Positions 9,026 to 17,270 of a DNA stretch of 64,000 nucleotides are shown here, one piece after another. Position numbers and translations under genes: made by a program. How positions within the stretch are numbered: the stretch's first letter is position 1; each line of letters begins with the position of its first letter. Origin of the DNA: a virus; the IMG/VR virus record IMGVR_UViG_3300036792_000218, positions 1 to 64,000 of that record. One strand, written 5' to 3'. The notes under the pieces are model-generated. The model saw only the letters and a list, made by a program, of their open reading frames with translations. It was not told the origin of the DNA and searched no databases.

Positions 9026-9322
9026 ATGTGCACGCGTCCCGGTGGCCGCGACGGCGACCCCGAGTGCCTTGACGACGAAGGCGGCCCGCTCGTCGGCGAA
9101 GACGACCCGTGCCCGGACGAGGCGGACCACGACGTGTGCCCGGACGAGGCGGACCACGACGTGTGCCCGGACGAGGCGGACCACGACGTGTGCCCGGACG
9201 AGGCGGACCACGACGTGTGCCCGGACGAGGCGGACGACGACGTGTGCCCGCACTGCCAGCGCCGCCAGCACGCCCGCTGTACCGACCCGCGGTGCACCTG
9301 CTGCCTGGGGAATGAGGACTAA
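9026..9322 (+). CDS. Cys/His/Asp-rich repeat protein (CPDEADHDV x5)
   Basis: Fills the gap between two plus-strand genes; repeat is in frame; weak RBS. Confidence 0.55.
   Translation: MCTRPGGRDGDPECLDDEGGPLVGEDDPCPDEADHDVCPDEADHDVCPDEADHDVCPDEADHDVCPDEADDDVCPHCQRRQHARCTDPRCTCCLGNED
9109..9250. repeat. 27-bp tandem repeat GTGCCCGGACGAGGCGGACCACGACGT, 5 copies plus 7 bp
   Basis: Units start at 9109, 9136, 9163, 9190, 9217; one substitution in the last unit. Confidence 0.97.
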
Positions 9323-9324
9323 CG

Positions 9325-9681
9325 ATGCGCACGGTAGCGGTCGACTTTGACGGCGTGATCCACGCGTACGGCCGGGGCTGGCAGGACGGCACGATCTACG
9401 ACGAGCCGGTTCCCGGCGCGCTCGACGCTCTCCGGACACTCATGGCGGACCACGCCGTGTTCGTGCACACCAGCCGGAACGTTGACCAGGTCGCGATGTG
9501 GCTGTCCGGCCATGGGATCGACTGCTCGCGCCTGGTCGACGATGACCGCGAATTCTGGAATGAGCTTGGCCGGGTGCTCGTGACGAACCGCAAGTACCCG
9601 GCGGTCGCCTACATCGACGACCGGGCCATCCGGTTCACCGACTGGGCGCAGGCGTTCGAAGACCTGAAGGAGTTCACCTGA
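9325..9681 (+). CDS. HAD-superfamily phosphatase (minimal)
   Basis: Motif I VAVDFDGVI, motif II HTSR, K in NRKYP, motif IV YIDDRA. Confidence 0.85.
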   Translation: MRTVAVDFDGVIHAYGRGWQDGTIYDEPVPGALDALRTLMADHAVFVHTSRNVDQVAMWLSGHGIDCSRLVDDDREFWNELGRVLVTNRKYPAVAYIDDRAIRFTDWAQAFEDLKEFT

Positions 9682-9989
9682 TGGCCACCGTTGACGTCAC
9701 CGCCCTGGCCGACGCCGTCCGCGAAACCGGGATCGGGCTCAAGCCGGGCGACGTGCTCGCGGTACGGCTGCCCATGGAAATCAACCAGGCAGAGCTTCGC
9801 CATGCCCGGACCTACGCTGACGCCGTCGGCAGGGACGCGGGGATCACGGTCGCGCTGATTCCTGGCGAGGAGTTCGCGCACACCACGGTCAACGTCAACG
9901 TGACCGTGAACGGGACAGACCCGGAGACGCTGGCCGGCGAGGTACGCCGCCAGGTGCTTGAGCGCGCCCCGGCGGGCCCGCTCGCTTAG
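9681..9989 (+). CDS. hypothetical protein
   Basis: TGATG coupling and AAGGAG RBS. Confidence 0.65.
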   Translation: MATVDVTALADAVRETGIGLKPGDVLAVRLPMEINQAELRHARTYADAVGRDAGITVALIPGEEFAHTTVNVNVTVNGTDPETLAGEVRRQVLERAPAGPLA

Positions 9990-10107
9990 GTCAGGCTGCC
10001 GGGGCCCGGTGCCAGCCCCAAGCCCCCGTGCGGGGCGGTCAGCGCGCATGGCTCGGAATCCCGGCGCGCGCCCGCCCGGCAGCCTGCAAGAACGTACGAT
10101 CGGAGGC

Positions 10108-10278
10108 ATGTTCAGCAACGACGCGTTCGGCAAGCTCCTGCGCGGCATGCTCGGGCCACCTGACCCGCAGCCGGGACCGCCGTACGCGCACACGCTGACG
10201 CACCCGGAGACCGAGGAAGAGATGGCGGCCGAACCGGCGTTGCCGTCTTTCACCGTGGAGCGTGGCCGGCGGCGCTAG
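10108..10278 (+). CDS. hypothetical protein
   Basis: ATG with GGAGG RBS inside ORF 9958..10278. Confidence 0.4.
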   Translation: MFSNDAFGKLLRGMLGPPDPQPGPPYAHTLTHPETEEEMAAEPALPSFTVERGRRR

Positions 10279-10520
10279 AACGGCACCCGGTCAGGCGGCG
10301 GCTCCCCGTACTGCTTGCGTGCCGCGTCCGCTGTCATGCCGATGGCCGCGCCGATCGCGTCCCACCCGATACGGAGTTGGCGCGCGTACCAAACGCGCTC
10401 ACGTTCCCGCTCGTCGAGCGCGGCGCGTTCGACTGGGATCTCACGGAGCCCGGCCATGATCGCCGCCTGCTCGCGGGCGAGGACCGCGGCGTCATCGTCG
10501 GCGAAGTCGTCACCCGTCAT
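10275..10520 (-). CDS. small HTH protein, counter-oriented insert
   Basis: ARQLRIGWDAIGAAIGMTADAARKQY HTH pattern; ATG coupled to 10517..10771. Confidence 0.6.
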   Translation of the reverse strand: MTGDDFADDDAAVLAREQAAIMAGLREIPVERAALDERERERVWYARQLRIGWDAIGAAIGMTADAARKQYGEPPPDRVPF

Positions 10521-10771
10521 GGAGTCCCGTTTAGCTTCCGGTTGTACGCGGCAACGAACTTGTGAGCTGACCGGACGTTCCCCTGAACGGTCCACGAGTC
10601 AAGCACCCGGCCGTCCGGTGCCCTGAGCGAGACCAGGCTGGTCGACCCGTGACCGCCCCGGCCGGGAGACTGGATTTCGGCCTGCGCGCCAGCAGTGAGC
10701 CCGCTATCGATCCGGGCCGTGCTGATCTTCGCCGGGGCATGCCGGTACGGTGCCGTAAGTTTCTTCAACAT
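10517..10771 (-). CDS. hypothetical protein, counter-oriented insert
   Basis: ATG with AAGGGGG RBS. Confidence 0.5.
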   Translation of the reverse strand: MLKKLTAPYRHAPAKISTARIDSGLTAGAQAEIQSPGRGGHGSTSLVSLRAPDGRVLDSWTVQGNVRSAHKFVAAYNRKLNGTP

Positions 10772-10916
10772 GGTGATCAGTCCCCCTTGACTGGTCTCCG
10801 GTTCCGCTGGCCAGGGCGAGGATGCCCCGTTTGAGCGCTTCGACTTCCTCGCGGGTCACGCCCGACTCGAAGTTCACGAGGTCAAGCTAGCGCCAAACCA
10901 GCGGGGAGGTTGCCCC

Positions 10917-12392
10917 GTGGCCGATGCGCAGCCCGACTACTCCGGTTCCTGCATGATCGCCCTTTACCCGCCGCCCGAGGTCGCCGGGGCGCTCGCGGTA
11001 CCGGACGGCCTCAGTGCCGAGGGCATGCACCTGACGATTGCCTACACCGGCGACGCCGCCGACGTCGACCCCGAAGCGCTCAACGCAGTCGCGCGGGCAC
11101 TCGCCGGCCGGCCGCCGGTCGCCGCGGTGATCTCCGGTCACGCGCGCTTCACCGGCGGCGAGCAGGACGTGATCGTCGCCCTCGTCGACTCACCGGACCT
11201 GGAAACGCTGCGGGCCGACGCACGGGAAGCGCTGGGTGCGGCGGGAATCGCGATCCCGTCCGAGCACGGGTTCACGCCGCACATGTCGATCCGGTACTGC
11301 GCGGCTGACGACGTCGACCCCGTTGGCCGGCTGGCCTCGTTCCCCGTGGCGTTCGGCGCGGTCTCCGCCGTCCACGGCAAGGCCCGCACCGACTACCTGT
11401 TCGACGACCCGCTGCCCGGGCAAGCCAGGGAAGCCTATGCCGCGGGGTGGGCGCTGTCCGGCGGCCCCATGACCGACCGGGTTAAGGCCGGGTGCACGGC
11501 AGCGATCGCGCGCGCCCTGGAGAACCGTCACGACCCCGCTGTCCTCGAGGTAACGCTAGACCTCGGCAAGCTGCAGGGGACGTGGGCGGAGGTGTACCGG
11601 CGACGCGAGGAACTGACCGCCGGCCACGTCGACCTGATCGCCGCGGCCTGGCGGAAGCTCGTCAAGCGCCTCGACGTGCACGACCTCGTGAAGCAGTGGA
11701 AGCGCCACGCGTCGCTGCCCGCCCCGATGGAGTCAGCCGACCAGCAATGGCGGAAAGCCGCTGTCGTCGCGGTCCTCGCCTGGCTCCGCTCCGTCCTCGC
11801 CGACCCCGACTACCGGGAGCTCGCGCAGGCGGTCACCGCCGCGCTGACCGCCGGGCAGGCCGAGGGCAGGACCGCGGCGCTCGCCGTGGCCGCCGACCAG
11901 GCCGGGGCCGTCGGGTTCGACTGGGACAAGGCCTACGACGCCATGACCCGCGACGTCGCCGTGCACCTGCCCGATGCGGCCGAACCGTGGGTGCAGCGGA
12001 TCATCGCCGGCGCGGCGGCCGACGGCGGCAAGCTGCTCGCGGACCTGGCCGACGAGGGCGAGAGCGATACGGCGATCGCCAAGGCGGTCCTCGACGTGAT
12101 CGCGGGCACCACCCCGAAGGCGCTGACGCTGATCGCTGACTACGCGATGGGCGCGGCGATGGCACGCGGCTCACTCGACCTGTACGCGTCCGAGGGCCTG
12201 ACGCTGGTCGCCTGGATGACGGCCGGGGACGGCCGCGTCTGCCCTGCCTGCCAGGACAACGAGGACAACGGCCCCTACGCGCCCGAAGCGTTCCCGTCGT
12301 GCCCCGATCACTACCGCTGCCGCTGCTGCCCCGCACCCGCCCAGCCGCTCCCCGTGTCCGCTTACGCGGCGTTCCTCGTCCCGGCCGCATAG
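10917..12392 (+). CDS. 2H phosphoesterase (Acb1-like) fused to MuF-like minor head protein
   Basis: HxT/S pair HLT (H38) and HMS (H122); C-terminal WMTAGDGRVCPAC...P..PDHYRCRC MuF motif; GGGGAGG RBS. Confidence 0.85.
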   Translation: MADAQPDYSGSCMIALYPPPEVAGALAVPDGLSAEGMHLTIAYTGDAADVDPEALNAVARALAGRPPVAAVISGHARFTGGEQDVIVALVDSPDLETLRADAREALGAAGIAIPSEHGFTPHMSIRYCAADDVDPVGRLASFPVAFGAVSAVHGKARTDYLFDDPLPGQAREAYAAGWALSGGPMTDRVKAGCTAAIARALENRHDPAVLEVTLDLGKLQGTWAEVYRRREELTAGHVDLIAAAWRKLVKRLDVHDLVKQWKRHASLPAPMESADQQWRKAAVVAVLAWLRSVLADPDYRELAQAVTAALTAGQAEGRTAALAVAADQAGAVGFDWDKAYDAMTRDVAVHLPDAAEPWVQRIIAGAAADGGKLLADLADEGESDTAIAKAVLDVIAGTTPKALTLIADYAMGAAMARGSLDLYASEGLTLVAWMTAGDGRVCPACQDNEDNGPYAPEAFPSCPDHYRCRCCPAPAQPLPVSAYAAFLVPAA

Positions 12393-12402
12393 GAGGCACC
12401 CC

Positions 12403-12804
12403 ATGGCGTTCGACGACTCCGGACGGCTCATCTGGTCCCTGGCCGGCTCCGGCCTCGGTACCACGCTCACGACGTCGGGGAACTCAGGCGGGTACACGCC
12501 TGGCACCCCGAACGCCCGCAGTGCCGTCGACCTCCGCAGGGTCGATGACCTGTGGCTGTCGGCGGTCGCGGGAGCCGGGTCCGGTACGGCGCTGACCGTG
12601 CAGGTCGACGGCTACGACGACCAGGGGAACCTGTTCCCGCAGCTGCTCAAGGTCACCGTCGCCGCCGCGCCCGGGCAGGCCGTGGCGTTCGGCGGCCGGC
12701 ACAGCGGCGGCAGCTCGTACCTCGTGCTCCCCGACTGGGGGCGCGTCTCCTGGGCGCTCACCGGCACCATGACCGGCTGCGCGATCTCCCTGTACGCCCG
12801 CTGA
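12403..12804 (+). CDS. putative virion structural protein (beta-rich)
   Basis: AGGAGG RBS, Gly/Thr/Ser-rich, within the head module. Confidence 0.65.
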   Translation: MAFDDSGRLIWSLAGSGLGTTLTTSGNSGGYTPGTPNARSAVDLRRVDDLWLSAVAGAGSGTALTVQVDGYDDQGNLFPQLLKVTVAAAPGQAVAFGGRHSGGSSYLVLPDWGRVSWALTGTMTGCAISLYAR

Positions 12805-12851
12805 CCACCGTCCCCCCGCCGTACCACCAAGTCCCGTGAAAGGGGATCAGC

Positions 12852-13172
12852 ATGGCTAAGAACGGCATCGTGACCGACTACGACGACGCCGGCTACCCGC
12901 AGGTAGCCGCGTCCACCGCGAACATCACCATCGGCACCACGCAGACGGTGAAGGGCGCGCCCGGCCGGCTGGTCAAGGTCATCGTGACCACGGTCACCGC
13001 CACCGCCGTCACGACCATCTACGACTCCGCAGCCGCCGCGTCCGGCACGCCGCTGCTCGTCATCCCCATAGCCGCCCCTGTCGGCACCGTCTACACCATC
13101 GACCTGCCCGCAGTGAACGGCATCACCGTCGCGGGCGCCGGCACCGGGGCGATCACCATCGGCTACAGCTGA
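12852..13172 (+). CDS. putative head decoration/structural protein
   Basis: AAGGGG RBS, Thr/Ala/Val-rich beta-type sequence. Confidence 0.65.
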   Translation: MAKNGIVTDYDDAGYPQVAASTANITIGTTQTVKGAPGRLVKVIVTTVTATAVTTIYDSAAAASGTPLLVIPIAAPVGTVYTIDLPAVNGITVAGAGTGAITIGYS

Positions 13173-13232
13173 CAGCCGCTGACCGCATGACACCGGCCGC
13201 ACGAGCACGAGCACGGGAAAGGAGGCGGCGGC

Positions 13233-15128
13233 GTGGCCAAGACCATCGCGACGATCACCGGCACCGCGCTCAAGCCGGGCGTGTCCCGTAACGGCCGCTG
13301 GTACAAGCCGGAGCACGTCACCGGCGCCGTCCAGAGCGCCCAGGAACGCATCGCGGCCGGCGAGAAGCCGATGGTGATGCTCACGTTCCACGGCGCCGAG
13401 GACGACAGCCGGGAGATAGCGGCGACGCTCACCGGCATGACGCTGGCCGAGGACGGCAGCGCCGAGTTCTCGGCGGGCCTGACCGACACCCCGGCCGGGT
13501 GGGACATCGCCCGGCTGACCGACACCAGCGACGGCCAGCCGGCGCACCTGCGGACCGTCAGCATCCGCGGCGCGTGGACCGGGCGCGTCCGCAAGGAACG
13601 CGGGCCCGGCGGCCAGGTCGTCGAGGTCGGGGAGGGCCTGCAGCTCGACGGCGTTGACTTCACGAAGTCACCGGGTGTCGACGGGGCGCAGATCAAGACG
13701 TTCGCGTGGGCCAAGGACGGCACCACGGAGACCACGGAGCGCGTGCTCATCACTGAGAGCGTGCAGGAGGCGCATGTGACGATCAGCGAGGAAACCGCGC
13801 CTGCCGCGCCAGCAGTGCCGGACGGGGTACGGGAATTGCTCCGCACCGTGTTCGGTGAGCACGTCGCGGAGGCGGCCACCCCGGCAGTGTCGAAGCGCGG
13901 CAGCGGCCTGTCCGACGGCTCAGGCCGCGCGTTCGCGGACCCCGGCTACCAGGCGGACAAGAAGCAGCGGTACGACCTGACCACGAAAGCCAAGGCCAAA
14001 AGCGCGTGGTCGTTCGTCAACCAGGCCGACAACGCGAAGCTGTACAGCGGCCCGCAGCTCAAGCAGATCAAGAAGCGGATCGTCGCGGCCCTGAGGAAGT
14101 TCGGGGTCACCGTCGCCGCTGAGGGCTGGTCGGTAGACCCGCCGCTGCTGCTCACCGAGGCGCTGGTCGAGTATTACGGCGGTGACCCGTCCTGCGCGGG
14201 CTCCTACAGCCTGTCCGCGACCAACGGGCCGACCACGGTCAGCATCTACTCCTACGGCTGCGACCCCGCCGACCTTCAGGTGATCCTCGCGAAGGCGTGC
14301 GAGGGCGCTGGGCTGGCCCTGAAGTCGCTCGACCCCGACATGGACGCCGACATCGACCTGCCCGGCGACGGGGACGAGAGCGCCCCGGACGAGGCCGACG
14401 CCATGGCCGAGCGGTTCGCCGCGGTGCTCCGCGGTGAGTCCGCCGAAACCCTGGACGCCCTGGTCTCCGAGGCGAGAGCGTCCGCAGCCGTCACCGAGAC
14501 GGCCACCGACCCGGCACCCGACCCGGCTGCCGCAAACCCAGAAGGAACGGAGGGCCCCGCTGTGAGCGAGACCACCCAGGAGGCGGCAGGCACGGCCACG
14601 GCTGCGCCCGCCACCCTCTCCATCCCGCAGGACATCATGGACGAGGCGATGCGGAAGGCGGCGAAGAAGGCCGCCAGGCGCGCGCTCGCCGGAACCGCGA
14701 CCACCGCCCCGGCCGAGTCCGCCCCGGCCGCGCCCGCGACCGCGGCGGTGACCGAAACCGACGAGCAGCGGATCACCCGGATCGTCGAGGCGCAGGTCGC
14801 CGCGAAGCTCGCCGAGTCGGCCGCCGCCGAGACCGAAGAGGCGCGGATCGCCCGGCTCGTCGAGCAGGGGGTGGCGGCCGCGAAGCAGCAGCTCACCGAG
14901 CAGGGCGGCGGCCCCGGCCGCAAGGGCCTCAACCCCGGCGGGACGTCGGTCAACGAGGCCGCCGGCGGCGCCGGCACCACGGCGGGCCCCGAGCTGAACG
15001 CCCACGGCATGCCGCGGGACTGGCCGGACAAGCCGCTGCACCAGTTCAGCAGCGACGAGCTTGACCAGTACGTCGGCCCGGCCGTGACCCGCCACTACCT
15101 CGGGGACCGCGCCAACCTGATCGGCTGA
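13233..15128 (+). CDS. capsid maturation protease-scaffold fusion with inserted DUF6582-like domain
   Basis: GVSRNGRWY, TFH, VSIRG, VDFTKSPG protease motifs; FADPGY...RY...AWSFVNQ...IKKRIVAALRKFGV insert (13932-14108); Ala/Glu-rich scaffold; precedes the capsid gene. Confidence 0.85.
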   Translation: MAKTIATITGTALKPGVSRNGRWYKPEHVTGAVQSAQERIAAGEKPMVMLTFHGAEDDSREIAATLTGMTLAEDGSAEFSAGLTDTPAGWDIARLTDTSDGQPAHLRTVSIRGAWTGRVRKERGPGGQVVEVGEGLQLDGVDFTKSPGVDGAQIKTFAWAKDGTTETTERVLITESVQEAHVTISEETAPAAPAVPDGVRELLRTVFGEHVAEAATPAVSKRGSGLSDGSGRAFADPGYQADKKQRYDLTTKAKAKSAWSFVNQADNAKLYSGPQLKQIKKRIVAALRKFGVTVAAEGWSVDPPLLLTEALVEYYGGDPSCAGSYSLSATNGPTTVSIYSYGCDPADLQVILAKACEGAGLALKSLDPDMDADIDLPGDGDESAPDEADAMAERFAAVLRGESAETLDALVSEARASAAVTETATDPAPDPAAANPEGTEGPAVSETTQEAAGTATAAPATLSIPQDIMDEAMRKAAKKAARRALAGTATTAPAESAPAAPATAAVTETDEQRITRIVEAQVAAKLAESAAAETEEARIARLVEQGVAAAKQQLTEQGGGPGRKGLNPGGTSVNEAAGGAGTTAGPELNAHGMPRDWPDKPLHQFSSDELDQYVGPAVTRHYLGDRANLIG

Positions 15129-15235
15129 CCCCGCCTTACCCCCGCTTCACCTTCCCCTTTTTGGCCGCCAGCCGTCCCGGCTGGTGCTACCCAGCGCGGT
15201 AACGGCCGTCATCTCGAAACAGAGAGGAGACGGCC

Positions 15236-16612
15236 ATGCCGTCAGAGCTCCGCGAGGCGCTGAACGCCGCCGGCGCATCAGCCCTAGTCCCGAAGATCAT
15301 CTCCCCGATCCTGGTCGAGTACCAGCGTCGTTACGCGCCGCTGTGCCGCTCGATCCCCATGGAACCGTGGGCATCGGACATCTACTACTTCAACCAGCGG
15401 ACGCAGAACCCCGGCGGCGGCGCGGTCCCCGACGGCGGCGCCCGCCCGGTCACCAACTCGACCTACGTGCAGAACCAGTTCCAGATGAAGCACGTGGAGA
15501 GCGTCGGCGCGGTCACCGGCTACAGCCAGGAAGTGACCCGGCAGCTGATCGGCGACCTGCGGCAGACGGAAATCCAGGGGTCCATCAAGGGCTACTACTG
15601 GGACGTCGAGACGTTCATCGGCTGGGGCAACGCCGCGGCCACCCTGAACCAGGCTCAGCCGCAGTTCGACGGCCTCGACACGCTGATCAACACGTTCAGC
15701 GGCGGCACCCAGAACGCCATCGACAAGGCCGGCAACTCGTTCACCCTCGCGTTCGCGGACGAGCTGATCGACATGGTGGAGTCCAACGCCGCCATGCCGG
15801 TACAGGACGAGTCGTGGATGTTCGTCACGAGCTCGACGGGCAACAGCCGGTTCAGCCAGCTGCTGCAGAACCAGCAGCGGTTCATCGACAAAGTCGAGAT
15901 CGCTCCGGGCCTCATCGTGCCGTCGTACAGGAACATCCCGATCGTGAAGTCGTCGTTCCTGTCGATGCGAGGCTACAACGTCGGCGCGGTCACCTCCGCG
16001 ACCGCCGCGAACGCCGCGGCGACGCTGAACGGCACCTACAAGTACACGGTGTCCGCGATCATCGCCCGCCAGGGTGAGATCGCGCCGAGCGCCGAGGTGA
16101 GCCAGGCGGTCACCACGGGCAACAACGTGGTCCTGTCCTTCACCCCGCCGTCCGGTCAGGACGGGCTCGCGCCGCAGCTTTACAAGGTGTGGCGCACCGC
16201 CGCGAACGGCGCGTCGGGGTCGGAGACGTTCCTCGGCTACGTCGATGCGACGGTTGGCCTGCTCGCCGACGGCGTGACGCAGGTCCTCACCAACCAGATC
16301 GTCGACACCGGCGCGGCGCTGATCCCGATGCAGTCGAGCGGCAGCATCGTCCCGGGCATCCTGCCCGCGACGTACATCGGGACGAACACGGCGATGCTTC
16401 CCCCGTCCGCCGGCCTGGAGAACTTCTTCCTGATCAGCCGGGACCGGGGCAACCTGTGCCGCCCGTACGTGCGCGAGGCGAAGCCGCTCGACGTGTACCC
16501 GACCACGGCGGCCCCCGACACGCTGCCCTACGCAGTCATCGGGGACACCACGCTCGCGGTCCGGGCGCCCAAGTTCCTCGGGCGCCTGTACCGCACCGCG
16601 ATCGCGGTCTAG
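15236..16612 (+). CDS. major capsid protein with Ig/FN3-like insertion
   Basis: Position after scaffold; GAGAGGAG RBS; LVPKII, QFDGL motifs; insert TYKYTVSA...E..PSAEVS...VVLSFTPP...YKVWRT. Confidence 0.88.
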   Translation: MPSELREALNAAGASALVPKIISPILVEYQRRYAPLCRSIPMEPWASDIYYFNQRTQNPGGGAVPDGGARPVTNSTYVQNQFQMKHVESVGAVTGYSQEVTRQLIGDLRQTEIQGSIKGYYWDVETFIGWGNAAATLNQAQPQFDGLDTLINTFSGGTQNAIDKAGNSFTLAFADELIDMVESNAAMPVQDESWMFVTSSTGNSRFSQLLQNQQRFIDKVEIAPGLIVPSYRNIPIVKSSFLSMRGYNVGAVTSATAANAAATLNGTYKYTVSAIIARQGEIAPSAEVSQAVTTGNNVVLSFTPPSGQDGLAPQLYKVWRTAANGASGSETFLGYVDATVGLLADGVTQVLTNQIVDTGAALIPMQSSGSIVPGILPATYIGTNTAMLPPSAGLENFFLISRDRGNLCRPYVREAKPLDVYPTTAAPDTLPYAVIGDTTLAVRAPKFLGRLYRTAIAV

Positions 16613-16625
16613 CCGGTACCAGTCT

Positions 16626-16670
16626 GGTGTGCCCGGCGGGGGTCGGCTCTCCCGCCGGGCACACCGGTTT
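16626..16670 (+). terminator. 15-bp hairpin after the capsid gene
   Basis: GGTGTGCCCGGCGGG / CCCGCCGGGCACACC followed by GGTTT. Confidence 0.75.
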
Positions 16671-16686
16671 CACGAAAGGAATCGTC

Positions 16687-17238
16687 GTGCTGGTTTCCGG
16701 TGAACGGGACGGGCAGGTCGTCGCCCACACAGGCGGCATCTACCGTTTCCCCGCCGCCGGCCAGCCGGCCGAGGTTCCCCGCGCGCTGGCCGCGCACCTC
16801 CTGGCGGCCGGCGGGTTCCGGTCGCACCACAACAGCGAAAGCGGAGGCACCGTGCACCTGCAGAAAGACCAGGGCGGCTGCGAGATCACCCACAAGGGCA
16901 GCCAGTACGCCTGGGAAAACGACGGGGACGTCACCGAGGTCCCCGACGAGCTCGCGATGGAACTGGTACCGCTCGGCGGCTACCGGGTGGTTCAGCCGAA
17001 GGCGGCGGAAGACCCGGAGGACACCGGCGACGGCGGCACCGGCGACGGCGGCGACGGCGAGACCGGCGGCCCTGACGAGGCCGGCGACGGCACCGAAGGC
17101 GGAGACGGCGAGGACGGCGAGGACGGCCAGGGCGACGACGCCACCGGGACCACCGACCCCGACCCGGACCCGGACCCCGCCCCGGAAGGCACCGCGAAGC
17201 GCGGCCGCACTTCACGCCGCAAGACCACCACCACCTGA
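16687..17238 (+). CDS. hypothetical protein with duplicated N-terminal domain and acidic tail
   Basis: GTG at 16687 (AAAGGA RBS) and second in-frame GTG at 16852 (GGAGG RBS). Confidence 0.65.
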   Translation: MLVSGERDGQVVAHTGGIYRFPAAGQPAEVPRALAAHLLAAGGFRSHHNSESGGTVHLQKDQGGCEITHKGSQYAWENDGDVTEVPDELAMELVPLGGYRVVQPKAAEDPEDTGDGGTGDGGDGETGGPDEAGDGTEGGDGEDGEDGQGDDATGTTDPDPDPDPAPEGTAKRGRTSRRKTTTT

Positions 17239-17270
17239 CCGCTGGTCCTCGAGCACGCAGGGGGTGAGCC

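Noticed and set aside
9109-9250. Possible CRISPR array
   Set aside because: The repeats are contiguous with no spacers, the unit is a multiple of 3 and in frame, and no cas genes are present
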